DNA from: Sphingopyxis sp.
GTDB lineage: Bacteria > Pseudomonadota > Alphaproteobacteria > Sphingomonadales > Sphingomonadaceae
NCBI RefSeq assembly: GCF_016793825.1
Contig: NZ_JAEULM010000016.1
Span: forward strand, 33,930 to 97,929
DNA: 64,000 bases
Reading direction: 5' to 3'
The number at the start of each line of letters is the position of its first letter. Position 1 is the stretch's first letter. The translations under genes were made by a program, and so were the position numbers. Positions 9,136 to 19,053 of the stretch are shown here, piece by piece. The notes beneath the pieces were generated by a model that did not search any database, was not told the DNA's origin, and saw only the letters and a program-made list of their open reading frames with translations.

Positions 9136-10137
9136 CTAGCGTCCGATCCAGCTGATCTGGTCGCCGGCGCCGATACGGAGCATGCGCGCGGCTTCGGCGT
9201 CGATGGTGCTGCCTGCGCCGACCTTTCCGAAACAGCAGCGAAAGTCCGACAGATTGCCGGTCGCGATCAACGCATCTTCGCCGCCCTCGGCGACGCCGGC
9301 AATCGCGACATGCTTCGCATCGCGGACGCTCGCGACCTGGTCGGTGCGTGCGGTCATCGTCGGTCCGCCATCGAAGATATCGACGTAGTTTTCAAAGGCG
9401 AACCCTTCGTTTTCAAGCATCCGCATCGCCGCGCGTCCGGTCGGGTGCGGAATGCCGATGACGCTGCGCGCCTGCTCGCTGAGCATCGCGATATAGACGG
9501 GGTGCTTGGGCATCAGGTCGGCGATGAACTGGTTGCCGTGCACGGCGTTGAACTGATCGGCTTCCTGAAAATTCATGCCGAAGAACTTGCCCGCGACGCC
9601 GTCCCAAAAGGGCGATCCACCCGCTTCGTCGATGACGCCGCGCAGTTCGGCAAGAATGCGATCGCCGAAACGCGCGCGGTGGCGCGCGATGAACAGATAA
9701 CGCGACCGCGCGAGCAACAGTCCAAGTCCCCCCGCGCGCGCCGCGGGATGCAGGAACAGCCCGCCAACTTCGCTCGCGCCGTTCAGGTCGTTGCTGAGCA
9801 TGAGCACCTGCGCGTGGAAGGTGCGGTCGAGCTGTTCGCTATGCTTGCTGTCGGTGCCGATGCGATAGGAATAGAAGGGCCAGCGCTGCCCGACTTGCCC
9901 AAAGATCTGGCAGGTGCCGCGCACTTCGCCGCTGTCGAGATCCTCGAGCACCATCAGGTACAGTTCGTCGGCCGGATATTCCTTCTCCGAGTTGAAACCT
10001 GCCTCGGCGCGCTCCAGCTTCGCGCGCAGTGCCTGCCGGTCGGGAGGCAGGTTGGTGAAGCCGCCTCCCGTCAGTTTCGCCATTTCGTAAATGCTTTGAA
10101 GGTCGCCCGGCTTGGCTGCCCGGATCACATAATTCAC
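9136..10137 (-). CDS. astA: Arginine N-succinyltransferase
   Basis: VIRAA, GFTNLP, SEVGGLFL, LLARSRYLF, AELRG, SPFW, DIFDGGP. The GTG start at 10137 overlaps the upstream stop (GTGA). Confidence 0.93.
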   Translation of the reverse strand: MNYVIRAAKPGDLQSIYEMAKLTGGGFTNLPPDRQALRAKLERAEAGFNSEKEYPADELYLMVLEDLDSGEVRGTCQIFGQVGQRWPFYSYRIGTDSKHSEQLDRTFHAQVLMLSNDLNGASEVGGLFLHPAARAGGLGLLLARSRYLFIARHRARFGDRILAELRGVIDEAGGSPFWDGVAGKFFGMNFQEADQFNAVHGNQFIADLMPKHPVYIAMLSEQARSVIGIPHPTGRAAMRMLENEGFAFENYVDIFDGGPTMTARTDQVASVRDAKHVAIAGVAEGGEDALIATGNLSDFRCCFGKVGAGSTIDAEAARMLRIGAGDQISWIGR

Positions 10138-11342
10138 ACCGTCCCCCGTTCCGCTATTCTTGTCATGGTAAGGGCCGAGAGCTGCGCGCGCTCGGCAAGG
10201 CTGTCGACGATCAGAAACTCGTCCGATGAATGGATCGCGCCGCCGCGTGGGCCCATCGTGTCGACCACGGGTACGCCGCAAGCCGCGATATTGTTGCCGT
10301 CGCACACCCCTCCGGTGGCGTTCCAGCCGATGGTCAGGCCAAGCGCGGCGCCGCAGCTTCGCACCAGTTCGAACAATCGGGTCGCGGCGGGGTCGAGCGG
10401 CTTTGGCGGGCGGTTGAAATTGCCGTGGAGGTGACAGTGCACGTCATGGTCGCGCGAAATCGCGGCGATCGCATCACGCAGCGCGGCTTCGGCCGCCGCC
10501 ATCGCGTCCGGGGTCGATGGGCGCATGTTGACCCGCAGGATCGCCTGGTCGGGGACGATATTGTTGGGGCCGCCGCCGTCGATCTTGGCCGGGTTGACTT
10601 TCAGCGTGTCCGATTTGAGCGCGCCGAGGCGCAGCGCCAGATCAGCCGCGGCGAGCAGGGCGTTCCGGCCGTCCTGCGGGTTGCGTCCGGCATGGGCAGC
10701 GCGGCCGTGAACGACGACCGAGAAATTGCCGCTCCCCGGCCGCGCGCCCGCGAGCGTTCCGTCGGGCAGCGCCGGTTCATAGGTCAGCGCGGCGGTCTTG
10801 CCCTTAGCCAGTTTGGCGATGAGAGCGGCCGAGGCGTGGCTTCCCGTTTCCTCGTCGCTGTTGATCATCACGTCATAGCCGACGCGCGGCGCGACAGGAG
10901 AAGCCTCGAGCGCATGCAACGCCGCCAGGATCACCGCGATCCCGCCCTTCATGTCGGCGGTTCCCGGGCCGTTGAGCACGCCGTCCTCCAGCCACCGGAG
11001 CGACTGGAATGGATGGTCGGCCGCAAAGACCGTGTCCATATGGCCGGTCAGCAGTAACTGTACAGGAGCCTCTGGCCGCACGCGGACGTGCAGGTGGTCA
11101 CCGCGCTGGACGATATTCACCTGGCCGGCAGTATCGACGCTCTCGACCGGATCGGCCGGTACCAGCCGAACGTCGCCGGGCAGCGAGGCAAAGGCATCAG
11201 CAAGCCGGCCCGCGACATCTTTCAGTCCAGCCAGATTGCCGGTGCCGCTGTTGACGGCCGCCCATTGTTCGACCTGCGACAGCATCGGGGCATCGGCTGC
11301 GCGTTCGAGCGCGGCAGTTTCGGTTGCGCTGAGGGTGGTCAT
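10134..11342 (-). CDS. M20 family metallo-hydrolase (ArgE/DapE/carboxypeptidase G2-like)
   Basis: Metal ligands in TGHMDTV, ADMKGG, SDEETG and IHSSDE. Translationally coupled to astA. Start MTTLSAT (11342). Confidence 0.9.
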   Translation of the reverse strand: MTTLSATETAALERAADAPMLSQVEQWAAVNSGTGNLAGLKDVAGRLADAFASLPGDVRLVPADPVESVDTAGQVNIVQRGDHLHVRVRPEAPVQLLLTGHMDTVFAADHPFQSLRWLEDGVLNGPGTADMKGGIAVILAALHALEASPVAPRVGYDVMINSDEETGSHASAALIAKLAKGKTAALTYEPALPDGTLAGARPGSGNFSVVVHGRAAHAGRNPQDGRNALLAAADLALRLGALKSDTLKVNPAKIDGGGPNNIVPDQAILRVNMRPSTPDAMAAAEAALRDAIAAISRDHDVHCHLHGNFNRPPKPLDPAATRLFELVRSCGAALGLTIGWNATGGVCDGNNIAACGVPVVDTMGPRGGAIHSSDEFLIVDSLAERAQLSALTMTRIAERGTV

Positions 11343-11394
11343 GGCACGGCTATAGCCAGCCGGGCGGGGCTTTGCGACCCCTTGTCGCCATAGA

Positions 11395-12066
11395 TCAGCC
11401 GGCGCGTGCAAACCAGATCAGATGCCGCGCGCCCTTGCCGTTGCTGCGCGCCCGCACGCTGATCTCTTCGACTTGAAAACCCGCATCTTTCAGGCGCCGC
11501 GAGAATCGCGGATCGGGCGCCGCCGACCAGATCGCCAATATCCCGCCGGGCCGAAGCGCCGCCTTCGCGCGGGCCAGCCCGCCGGCCGAATAGAGGCGGT
11601 CGTTGCCGACGCGGGTCAGGCCATCGGGGCCATTGTCGACGTCGAGCAGGATGGCGTCGTAGCGCCGTGTCGCGGTCGATATGACTTGCGCGACGTCGGT
11701 CAGCTGAATTTCCACGCGCGGGTCGTCGAGGCAGCCCACGGTCATCGATGTCATTGGCCCGCGGGCCCAGTCGATGATGGCAGGGACCAGCTCCGCTACC
11801 GTTATCCGCGCGTCGGCACCCAGCCGTGCCAGCGCCGTGCGCAGGGTAAATCCCATGCCATAGCCGCCAATCAAAAGGTGAGGGATGGCGTCATGGTGCA
11901 GCCGGTCGCAGCTCATCTCGGCCAGCGCTTCCTCGGAGCCGCTCATCCTGCTGCTCATCAATTCGTTGCCGCCCATGGCGATGGTGAATTCGTCGCCGCG
12001 CCGGAACAGGCGGAGCGGGTCGCCGTCGGGTACGGCCGCCGTGCCGACAAGTTCGCGTGCTATCAT
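11395..12066 (-). CDS. Spermidine-synthase-like SAM-dependent methyltransferase-fold protein
   Basis: [41 protein letters not shown]. The real gene is the C-terminal part of the 588-aa ORF, with start MIARELV (12066). Confidence 0.85.
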   Translation of the reverse strand: MIARELVGTAAVPDGDPLRLFRRGDEFTIAMGGNELMSSRMSGSEEALAEMSCDRLHHDAIPHLLIGGYGMGFTLRTALARLGADARITVAELVPAIIDWARGPMTSMTVGCLDDPRVEIQLTDVAQVISTATRRYDAILLDVDNGPDGLTRVGNDRLYSAGGLARAKAALRPGGILAIWSAAPDPRFSRRLKDAGFQVEEISVRARSNGKGARHLIWFARAG

Positions 12067-12195
12067 GGGGTCTCTATAGGCGGCGAGATCCGGCTTTGGC
12101 ACCCCATTGCCAACCGCGGCCATTCGCGGCATAGGGCGGCGGCCCTTTCCTCCCCGGGTCCACAGGCGCCAAGCGCCGACCAACAAGGGTGCTTC

Positions 12196-14292
12196 ATGAC
12201 TGATTTTCTCGACCGCCGCGGCCTGTCCGTCGATTCGCGCATCGTTCGGTTCATCGAGGATCGCGCCATTCCCGGCACCGGACTGGATGCCGACCGTTTC
12301 TGGACCGATTTCGCGGCGCTCCTTGGAACGCTGGCGCCCCAAAATGCCGCCCTGCTGGCAACGCGCGAGGATCTGCAGAGCGCGATCGACGCCTGGCATC
12401 AGGCGCGCGAAGGGCAGCCGCACGATCCCGCCGCCTATCAGGCGTTCCTTCGCGAGATCGGCTATCTCGTCCCCGAACCGTCGCCGTTCCAGATCGGCAC
12501 CGCGAACGTCGACCCTGAAATCGCGACGATGGCGGGACCGCAACTCGTCGTCCCCGCATTGAACGCCCGCTTCGCACTCAATGCCGCCAACGCACGCTGG
12601 GGTAGCCTGTATGATGCCTTCTACGGCACCGATGCGCTCGATGCACCGCCGGCACGCCCCGGCGGCTACGATGCCGAACGGGGGACGGCGGTTATCGCCC
12701 GTGCGAAGGCGTTCCTCGACGAAACGGTCCCTCTCGCGTCGGGGAGCTGGGCCGACTGGCAAGGTGGACAATTGACGCTCGCCGACCCGTCGCAATGGGC
12801 AGGCAGCAAGCCCGGCGCCATCCTGCTCCGCCACAATGGCCTGCACATCGAGCTGGTGATCGATCCCGACAGCGCGATCGGCAAGACCGATCCGGCGGGC
12901 ATCGCCGATGTCGTGCTCGAAGCCGCGTTGACGACGATCATCGACCTTGAGGACAGCGTCGCGGCGGTCGATGGCGAGGACAAGGCGCTCGGCTATACGA
13001 ACTGGCTGGGCCTGATGCGCGGCGACCTCTCCGAAAGTTTCGACAAGGGGGGCAGGACGATCACCCGCGCGATGGAACCCGACCGGCAGTGGACGGCGCC
13101 CGATGGCACGCCCTTCGCGCTGCCGGGTCGTAGCGTGATGTTCGTGCGCAACGTCGGTCATCTGATGACGACGCCGATGATCAGGCTACCGAACGGCGCC
13201 GAAGCGCCCGAGGGCATCTGCGACGCGGTCATCACCAGCCTCTGCGCGCTCCACGACCTCAAGGGGCGTGGCAATCTGCGCAACAGCCGCGCCGGCAGCA
13301 TCTATATCGTGAAGCCCAAGCAACACGGTCCCGAGGAGTGCGCCTTCACCGACCGCCTGTTCGACGCAGTCGAGGATGTGCTGGGCCTGCCGCGGCACAC
13401 GATCAAGGTCGGCGTGATGGACGAAGAGCGCCGGACCAGTGCCAATCTGGGTGCGTGCATTCACGCAGTGAAGGACCGCATCGTCTTCATCAACACCGGA
13501 TTCCTCGATCGCACGGGCGACGAGATACATACGTCGATGCGCGCCGGTCCGATGATTCCCAAGGGCGAGATGAAGGCAAGCGACTGGATCGCCGCCTACG
13601 AGGACCGCAACGTGCGCATCGGCCTTGCCTGCGGACTGTCGGGCAAGGCGCAGATCGGCAAGGGCATGTGGGCGATGCCCGATCTGATGAAGGCGATGAT
13701 CGAGGCAAAGATCGGCCATCCACGGTCGGGCGCGAATACCGCATGGGTGCCGTCGCCAACCGCGGCGACGCTGCACGCGCTGCACTATCACCAGGTCGAC
13801 GTCTTTGCGCGGCAGAGCGAGATTGCGGGCGAGGCGGTGCCGGCGATCGACCGTCTGCTTGCCATTCCCGTCGCGACCGGTCGCAACTGGAGTGAAGCCG
13901 AGGTGGCGCGCGAGCTCGACAATAATTGCCAGGGCATCCTGGGCTATGTCGTGCGTTGGATCGATCAGGGCGTGGGCTGTTCGAAGGTTCCCGACATCGA
14001 CGACGTCGGCCTGATGGAGGATCGCGCGACGCTGCGTATCTCCAGCCAGGCGCTTGCCAACTGGCTGCTCCATGGCGTCTGCACCGAAGCGCAGGTCGAT
14101 GCTGCTCTGGCGCGTATGGCGGCGAAGGTCGATGCGCAGAACGCGGGCGACGCGCTCTACGAAAAGCTTACGCCCGAAGGTGTCGCCTGGCAGGCCGCCC
14201 GCGCGCTGATCTTCGAGGGCGTGACACAGCCGTCGGGTTATACCGAGCCGCTGCTGCACAAATATCGGCAGGAAAAAAAGGCAGCCGCCTGA
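12196..14292 (+). CDS. glcB: Malate synthase G
   Basis: [80 protein letters not shown]. Start MTDFLDR (12196). Confidence 0.97.
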   Translation: MTDFLDRRGLSVDSRIVRFIEDRAIPGTGLDADRFWTDFAALLGTLAPQNAALLATREDLQSAIDAWHQAREGQPHDPAAYQAFLREIGYLVPEPSPFQIGTANVDPEIATMAGPQLVVPALNARFALNAANARWGSLYDAFYGTDALDAPPARPGGYDAERGTAVIARAKAFLDETVPLASGSWADWQGGQLTLADPSQWAGSKPGAILLRHNGLHIELVIDPDSAIGKTDPAGIADVVLEAALTTIIDLEDSVAAVDGEDKALGYTNWLGLMRGDLSESFDKGGRTITRAMEPDRQWTAPDGTPFALPGRSVMFVRNVGHLMTTPMIRLPNGAEAPEGICDAVITSLCALHDLKGRGNLRNSRAGSIYIVKPKQHGPEECAFTDRLFDAVEDVLGLPRHTIKVGVMDEERRTSANLGACIHAVKDRIVFINTGFLDRTGDEIHTSMRAGPMIPKGEMKASDWIAAYEDRNVRIGLACGLSGKAQIGKGMWAMPDLMKAMIEAKIGHPRSGANTAWVPSPTAATLHALHYHQVDVFARQSEIAGEAVPAIDRLLAIPVATGRNWSEAEVARELDNNCQGILGYVVRWIDQGVGCSKVPDIDDVGLMEDRATLRISSQALANWLLHGVCTEAQVDAALARMAAKVDAQNAGDALYEKLTPEGVAWQAARALIFEGVTQPSGYTEPLLHKYRQEKKAAA

Positions 14293-14354
14293 ACTGGCGT
14301 TCGGGCGGGGCACGGGCTATGGCAATCGCCGAGGGCTGATCTGGGGGGATTGCC

Positions 14355-14735
14355 ATGCTTCGTCGCGTTTTTCGCCAATCGGTTGTTCCGGCTGCGCTCA
14401 TCATGGCGGCCGTGTCCGTCGCGCCCGTGGCCGCGCAGGACAGCACGCCGTCGAGCGGGGTCTTCAAGACGGGTCAGCAGGTCTATGACCTTTGCACGTC
14501 GAAGGCCGGAACCGATCAGGACAATTGCGACTATTTCATCATGGCCGCGCACGACATGGTCAAACTCTATGGCGATACCAAGATGGCGGAAGGAAATATC
14601 TGCCTGCCGCAGGGGATCAAGGCGATCGAAGTTCGCGCGGTCGTTCTGGACTATTGGCGCGGCAAGATGGCTGGTTTAAAATATTCGGCAGTAAGTTCGA
14701 TCCGGAACGCGCTCTTCCAGAAATATCCCTGCTGA
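14355..14735 (+). CDS. Rap1a/Tai-like (T6SS amidase immunity fold) exported protein
   Basis: Signal peptide, then TGQQVYDLC...CDYFIMAAHD...ICLP...VVLDYWR...ALFQKYPC. This matches the Rap1a four-Cys pattern that ends in (F/Y)PC. Confidence 0.75.
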   Translation: MLRRVFRQSVVPAALIMAAVSVAPVAAQDSTPSSGVFKTGQQVYDLCTSKAGTDQDNCDYFIMAAHDMVKLYGDTKMAEGNICLPQGIKAIEVRAVVLDYWRGKMAGLKYSAVSSIRNALFQKYPC

Positions 14736-14802
14736 CGTTCGGCGGGCGCGCTGCGGAATTTCCCGTGCGTTCGGTTGCGGCGGGACAAGGGGGAGAGGGG
14801 CG

Positions 14803-16815
14803 ATGGCGGCGCCGTTCAATTTCGGGCAGCTCAAATTCCTGAAAGCGTTGACCGAAGCGCTGTTCCACGGGGCGTCGATGGCGATCACGCCCGATCAGGT
14901 CGTCGCCAACGTGACCGATCTGTTCGCGAAGGTTGGCGGGACCAAACTCGACGAAATACGTCTGTCGTTGACCGCGACCGAGATCGTGTTGGGCCCGATG
15001 TTCGCCGAAGCCGATGTCCAGACGCGCGCGCGGCGGATCGAACGGCGCCTCCAGAACAGCCAGATCGACCTGTTTCAGGACATGGCGCGGCTGCGTGGGA
15101 TCATCTATGGCTGCTATTATGGCCATTGGCAGCCGGGCCTTGAACCCGGTGACGAGGATGCCAACGCAGCCAATCCAGTGCATGCGCAGATCGGCTTTAC
15201 CTTGCCAAAACATCGCACACGCGGGGCAGGGGAAATGCCGCTCACCCGTATCGACGGGCGCGAGATCGAGGCGGCGCACATCCTCGACGCCGCGACACTC
15301 GGCGACGAATATGATGTCATCGTCATTGGTTCGGGCGCGGGCGGCGCCGTTGCGGCGTTCCATGTCGCGGCGCGCGGCTACAAAGTCCTGATCGTCGAAG
15401 CCGGTCCCTTTTATCCGTCGCCGAGGATCAACCACCATGAACTCGACATGGTCGCCAACCTCTTCAAGCATGGCGCGCTCCAGACCTCGACCAATCGCGA
15501 TTTCGTCGTGTTTCAGGGGCGCTGCGTCGGGGGGTCGTCGACGATCAACAACGGGATATGCCTGCGCGTCAACGAGGCGGGGCGCACGCATCCCGATGCG
15601 GTCGATGTCCTTGCCAAATGGGCCAGCGTCGGCGCGCCGGTCGATGCCGCCGCCTTCCATCAGAGCTACGACGCGATACAGCGGCGCCTTGGCATCGCAC
15701 CCATCGAGCCACGGAGCGGAAGGCATAATGGCCCGCACCTGATGAACGGCTGGCACGCCTATGCCGCGACGTCGAACGATCCCAGGGACCAGCGTGCGGT
15801 GACCGACTGGTTCGCCAAGAATTTCGGACCGCCGAACACACCGGCTGCCTGCGCCTATTGCGGCTATTGCAACGCGGGTTGTTCGTACGGGCGGCGGATG
15901 GGAATGGCGCAGACCTATCTTCCGGACGCTTGCCGCGATCATGGCGCGCGCATTCTGCCCGGCACCAAGGCGGATCATATCGTCTGGCAGACAGCGATCG
16001 ACGGACGGCGCGAGGCGGAGGCGGTGAAGCTGATCCTGCCCGACGGATCGAAAATACTCGTCCGCGCGCGAGTCGGCGTCATCGTGGCTGGCGGGACCAT
16101 CGCTTCGTCGAAACTGCTCGCGCGCAGCGACATCGACCGCACCGGCTATCAGGTGTCGCTCAATATCGCGTCGCCCGTGGTCGCGCTGATGCCGCCGGGC
16201 GTCGGCGGCAACGCATGGGACGAGGACCAGATGGCAAGCTACGTCGATTGCGGCGACTTCCTCCTCGAAAGCCATTTCCAGCCGCCAATGGCGATGGCGT
16301 CGCTGATGCCCGGCTGGTTCGGCGAACATGCGGCGCGGATGCGGAATTTCGGCCGGGTCCATTCGGCAGGCATCCTCTTTCCCGCCGATCGTCGTGGTCG
16401 GGTGAAGGACGGCAAGCTGGAATTCAAGCTCGATCCCGACGACGACCTGCCGGTGCTGCGCCGCGCAATGGCGACACTGACCAAGGTGCATTTCGCCGCC
16501 GGCGCGCTCGAATGCTATCCAGCGCTGAGCAAGGGTCAGACGATCACGCCGGGTATGGATATTGACGCTTTCTTCGCGGATGCGATCGAGGAAGCCGACG
16601 ACGTGACCCTGTCGAGCAGCCATCCGCACGGTGGCAACGCGATCAATGAAGATCCGCAATATGGCGTCGTCGATCCCGAGTGCCGCGTCCACGGAACCAC
16701 GAACGTGCTGGTCACCGACGCCAGTGTCTTCCCCACCTGTATCCGCGTCAATGCGCAATGGACGACAATGGCGATGGCACATTATGCGACCGCGCGGAGC
16801 GATCCGTTTCGCTAG
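14803..16815 (+). CDS. GMC-family FAD oxidoreductase with N-terminal extension
   Basis: IGSGAGG dinucleotide motif, VLIVEAG, GRCVGGSSTIN, CAYCGYCNAGC, SHPHGG, DASVFP, VNAQWT. Confidence 0.88.
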   Translation: MAAPFNFGQLKFLKALTEALFHGASMAITPDQVVANVTDLFAKVGGTKLDEIRLSLTATEIVLGPMFAEADVQTRARRIERRLQNSQIDLFQDMARLRGIIYGCYYGHWQPGLEPGDEDANAANPVHAQIGFTLPKHRTRGAGEMPLTRIDGREIEAAHILDAATLGDEYDVIVIGSGAGGAVAAFHVAARGYKVLIVEAGPFYPSPRINHHELDMVANLFKHGALQTSTNRDFVVFQGRCVGGSSTINNGICLRVNEAGRTHPDAVDVLAKWASVGAPVDAAAFHQSYDAIQRRLGIAPIEPRSGRHNGPHLMNGWHAYAATSNDPRDQRAVTDWFAKNFGPPNTPAACAYCGYCNAGCSYGRRMGMAQTYLPDACRDHGARILPGTKADHIVWQTAIDGRREAEAVKLILPDGSKILVRARVGVIVAGGTIASSKLLARSDIDRTGYQVSLNIASPVVALMPPGVGGNAWDEDQMASYVDCGDFLLESHFQPPMAMASLMPGWFGEHAARMRNFGRVHSAGILFPADRRGRVKDGKLEFKLDPDDDLPVLRRAMATLTKVHFAAGALECYPALSKGQTITPGMDIDAFFADAIEEADDVTLSSSHPHGGNAINEDPQYGVVDPECRVHGTTNVLVTDASVFPTCIRVNAQWTTMAMAHYATARSDPFR

Positions 16816-16830
16816 CCTGACCGCCGAAGA

Positions 16831-16909
16831 CGTTCGCATCGAGCGAAGTCGGGATACCCGTCGGATTGGCGCAGTTTCGACTGTGTCTCGACTTCGCTTG
16901 ACGCGAGCG
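16831..16909 (+). repeat. Imperfect inverted-repeat (REPIN-like) intergenic element with 27-nt arms
   Basis: 16831-16857 CGTTCGCATCGAGCGAAGTCGGGATAC pairs with 16883-16909. On the + strand there are 4 G-U pairs and 1 mismatch. It shares the GTTCGC-N2-CGAGC...GTCG core with the 3264 element. Confidence 0.8.
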
Positions 16910-16926
16910 GCTATGGGGCGGCGGAA

Positions 16927-17655
16927 ATGACCTTCACTGTTGCCGCCCTCTATCGTTTTGCGCCATTCGACCATCCCGCCGCGCTGCGCCAGCCTTTGCT
17001 CGACATCTGCGCGGTGCATGGCGTCAAGGGTACGCTGCTGCTTGCGCGCGAAGGCGTCAACGGCACGATCGCGGGCGCGGACGACGGTATTGCCTCGGTC
17101 ATCGCGCATATTCGCGCGCTCCCCGATTGCGCCGGCCTCGACGTGAAATATTCGACCGCCGCGGCGATGCCCTTCCAGCGCCTCAAGGTGCGGCTCAAGA
17201 AAGAGATCGTCACCATGAAGGTGCCGGGACTGGACCCGGCGCGCGATGCCGCACCCTATGTAGACCCGGCGGACTGGAATGCCATCGTCGATGATCCAGA
17301 CACCGTGCTGATCGATACGCGCAACGGTTTCGAGGTCGGCTATGGCAGCTTTACGGGCGCGATCGATCCGCGAACGGAGCGTTTCGGCGATTTCCCGGAC
17401 TGGTGGCGCGACCATGCTGCCGAGTTCGCGGGAAAGCGCATTGCGATGTTCTGCACCGGCGGCATCCGCTGCGAAAAATCGACCGCCTTCCTGCGCAGCG
17501 AGGGTGTCGCGGATGTCGTCCACCTGAAGGGCGGGATCCTTGCCTATCTGGAACAGGTGCCCGCAACGCAGACGCGGTGGCATGGCAGTTGCTTCGTCTT
17601 CGACGAGCGCGTCAGCGTGGGGCACGGCCTCGTCGAGGTTGGCGAGAAGGACTAG
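16927..17655 (+). CDS. trhO: Rhodanese-domain tRNA U34 hydroxylase TrhO/YceA family, short form
   Basis: ALYRF, GTLLLAREGVNGTIAG, RLKVRLKKEIVTM, IDTRN, MFCTGGIRCEK, HLKGGIL.YL, CFVFDERV. The usual Cys-rich C-terminal region is absent. Confidence 0.85.
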   Translation: MTFTVAALYRFAPFDHPAALRQPLLDICAVHGVKGTLLLAREGVNGTIAGADDGIASVIAHIRALPDCAGLDVKYSTAAAMPFQRLKVRLKKEIVTMKVPGLDPARDAAPYVDPADWNAIVDDPDTVLIDTRNGFEVGYGSFTGAIDPRTERFGDFPDWWRDHAAEFAGKRIAMFCTGGIRCEKSTAFLRSEGVADVVHLKGGILAYLEQVPATQTRWHGSCFVFDERVSVGHGLVEVGEKD

Positions 17656-17727
17656 CCTCTCAATTCGCCAAATCCGTCATCGCGGACCGAACCTCGTTTG
17701 ACGATGGCGAGAGTGTCGTTCGAAAGG

Positions 17728-19038
17728 TCACCCCACGGTCAGCGTATAGGTGACCCGATAATCGCTCGCGTCGCCGTTCAGCGTCCTGGTGAAGGTTCCC
17801 GGCACATTGCCGATATCGACCGTCCCGATATTGTCGCTGCCGCCGATATCGTCGAATTCGCGAAGCTGAAAGCTCACCGGCTGCTCAAAAGCGAAATTCC
17901 GGTCGACCACCCAGCTTTCTCCGCGTTTGATAGAGAAGATTTCGCGCGACCCCTCGGGGAAGCGTTCGCCGGTGTTGAAACGCAGGAATAGCTGGTCGGG
18001 AAGCCCCAGGCCGAGCCGGCCGGTCAGCTTCACCGCTTCGACATGGATGTTCGACAACATATATTTCTTTGCAGTCGGCGCAGCCGCGACCATCACTGGC
18101 TTGGCCGCCGGCGGCGCGGCCTTCGGGTTCTTGCCGAGCCGTGTGACGCTTTCGTTCGCCTGGGTGGCATATTTTCCGGCAGGGAATTCGGCGAGATAGG
18201 CCTTGAACGCGCTGGCGCTGTTTTCGGCGACCGCGCCTTTCCACATCAAATCTTCCAGCGCGGCGCGGTTGCCCGTTGCGGCCTGCCCGGCGCGCGGGAC
18301 CAGATAGACGGGGGTACCGGTGATGCTGGCGCTGACGAAGGGCCGTTGCAGCCCGCCCGTCGCCGCCAGCACGTCATCGCGAATGGCGCCGCCGAGGAGC
18401 TGGACCGGCAAGTCGGGCTGCGGCAGGCGCTTGGCGAGCGAGGTCGCGAAGGGCGAGTTCACACCGGTTCCATCGGCCGCGGTCTGTCCCGGCGCGGCCG
18501 CGAAGATTACCAGGACGTCGTCGGCCTCCACCCCCGCAAGCCCGTTCACGACGGCGCGGGTGCCCGATCGCCAGGATCGGCCAAAGGGATTGTTGCGGCA
18601 CGAATCGAGAATGACGACGCGGATCCGCGCGCCCGACACCGCCTCCATCATCCGGTCGAGATTGATCGCTTCATACGGCAGGTCGAGGTCGGATTTCAGT
18701 TGCGCGTCGGTCGGGATCAACCAGTTCTTCCCCTGCGCCTCGATCCCGTGGCCAGCGTAATAGACCATCGCGACTTCGGCGCCGTCGGCCTTGGCGCGAA
18801 AGTCGCGCATCGTCTTCTGGAAGTCGTTGACCGACAGGTTGGCTGCGATCGTAACATCGTCGAACCCCGCGCTGCGCGCCGATGCCGCGACGATCTTGAT
18901 ATCGTTGGCGGGGTTGGTGAGGCGGCTGGTGTTCGCATAATTGCTGTTGCCGACGATCAGCGCGACCTTGCGGGCCTCGGCGCTTGTCGGGACGAGCAGG
19001 AAGATGGCGGTGATCAGGGCGAGCCAGGTGCGCATCAT
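17728..19038 (-). CDS. Exported caspase-like (peptidase C14) protein with a C-terminal beta domain
   Basis: Signal peptide, KVALIVGNSNY, LTNPAND, dyad YYAGHG and ILDSCR, NSPFATSL, YLAEFPAG linker. Confidence 0.9.
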   Translation of the reverse strand: MMRTWLALITAIFLLVPTSAEARKVALIVGNSNYANTSRLTNPANDIKIVAASARSAGFDDVTIAANLSVNDFQKTMRDFRAKADGAEVAMVYYAGHGIEAQGKNWLIPTDAQLKSDLDLPYEAINLDRMMEAVSGARIRVVILDSCRNNPFGRSWRSGTRAVVNGLAGVEADDVLVIFAAAPGQTAADGTGVNSPFATSLAKRLPQPDLPVQLLGGAIRDDVLAATGGLQRPFVSASITGTPVYLVPRAGQAATGNRAALEDLMWKGAVAENSASAFKAYLAEFPAGKYATQANESVTRLGKNPKAAPPAAKPVMVAAAPTAKKYMLSNIHVEAVKLTGRLGLGLPDQLFLRFNTGERFPEGSREIFSIKRGESWVVDRNFAFEQPVSFQLREFDDIGGSDNIGTVDIGNVPGTFTRTLNGDASDYRVTYTLTVG

Positions 19039-19053
19039 CTTGCTATCCTCTCG

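Noticed and set aside
17675-17709. CGTCATCG...CGATGGCG weak hairpin resembling a CGTC repeat
   Set aside because: Only about 8 bp of pairing, too degenerate to call.
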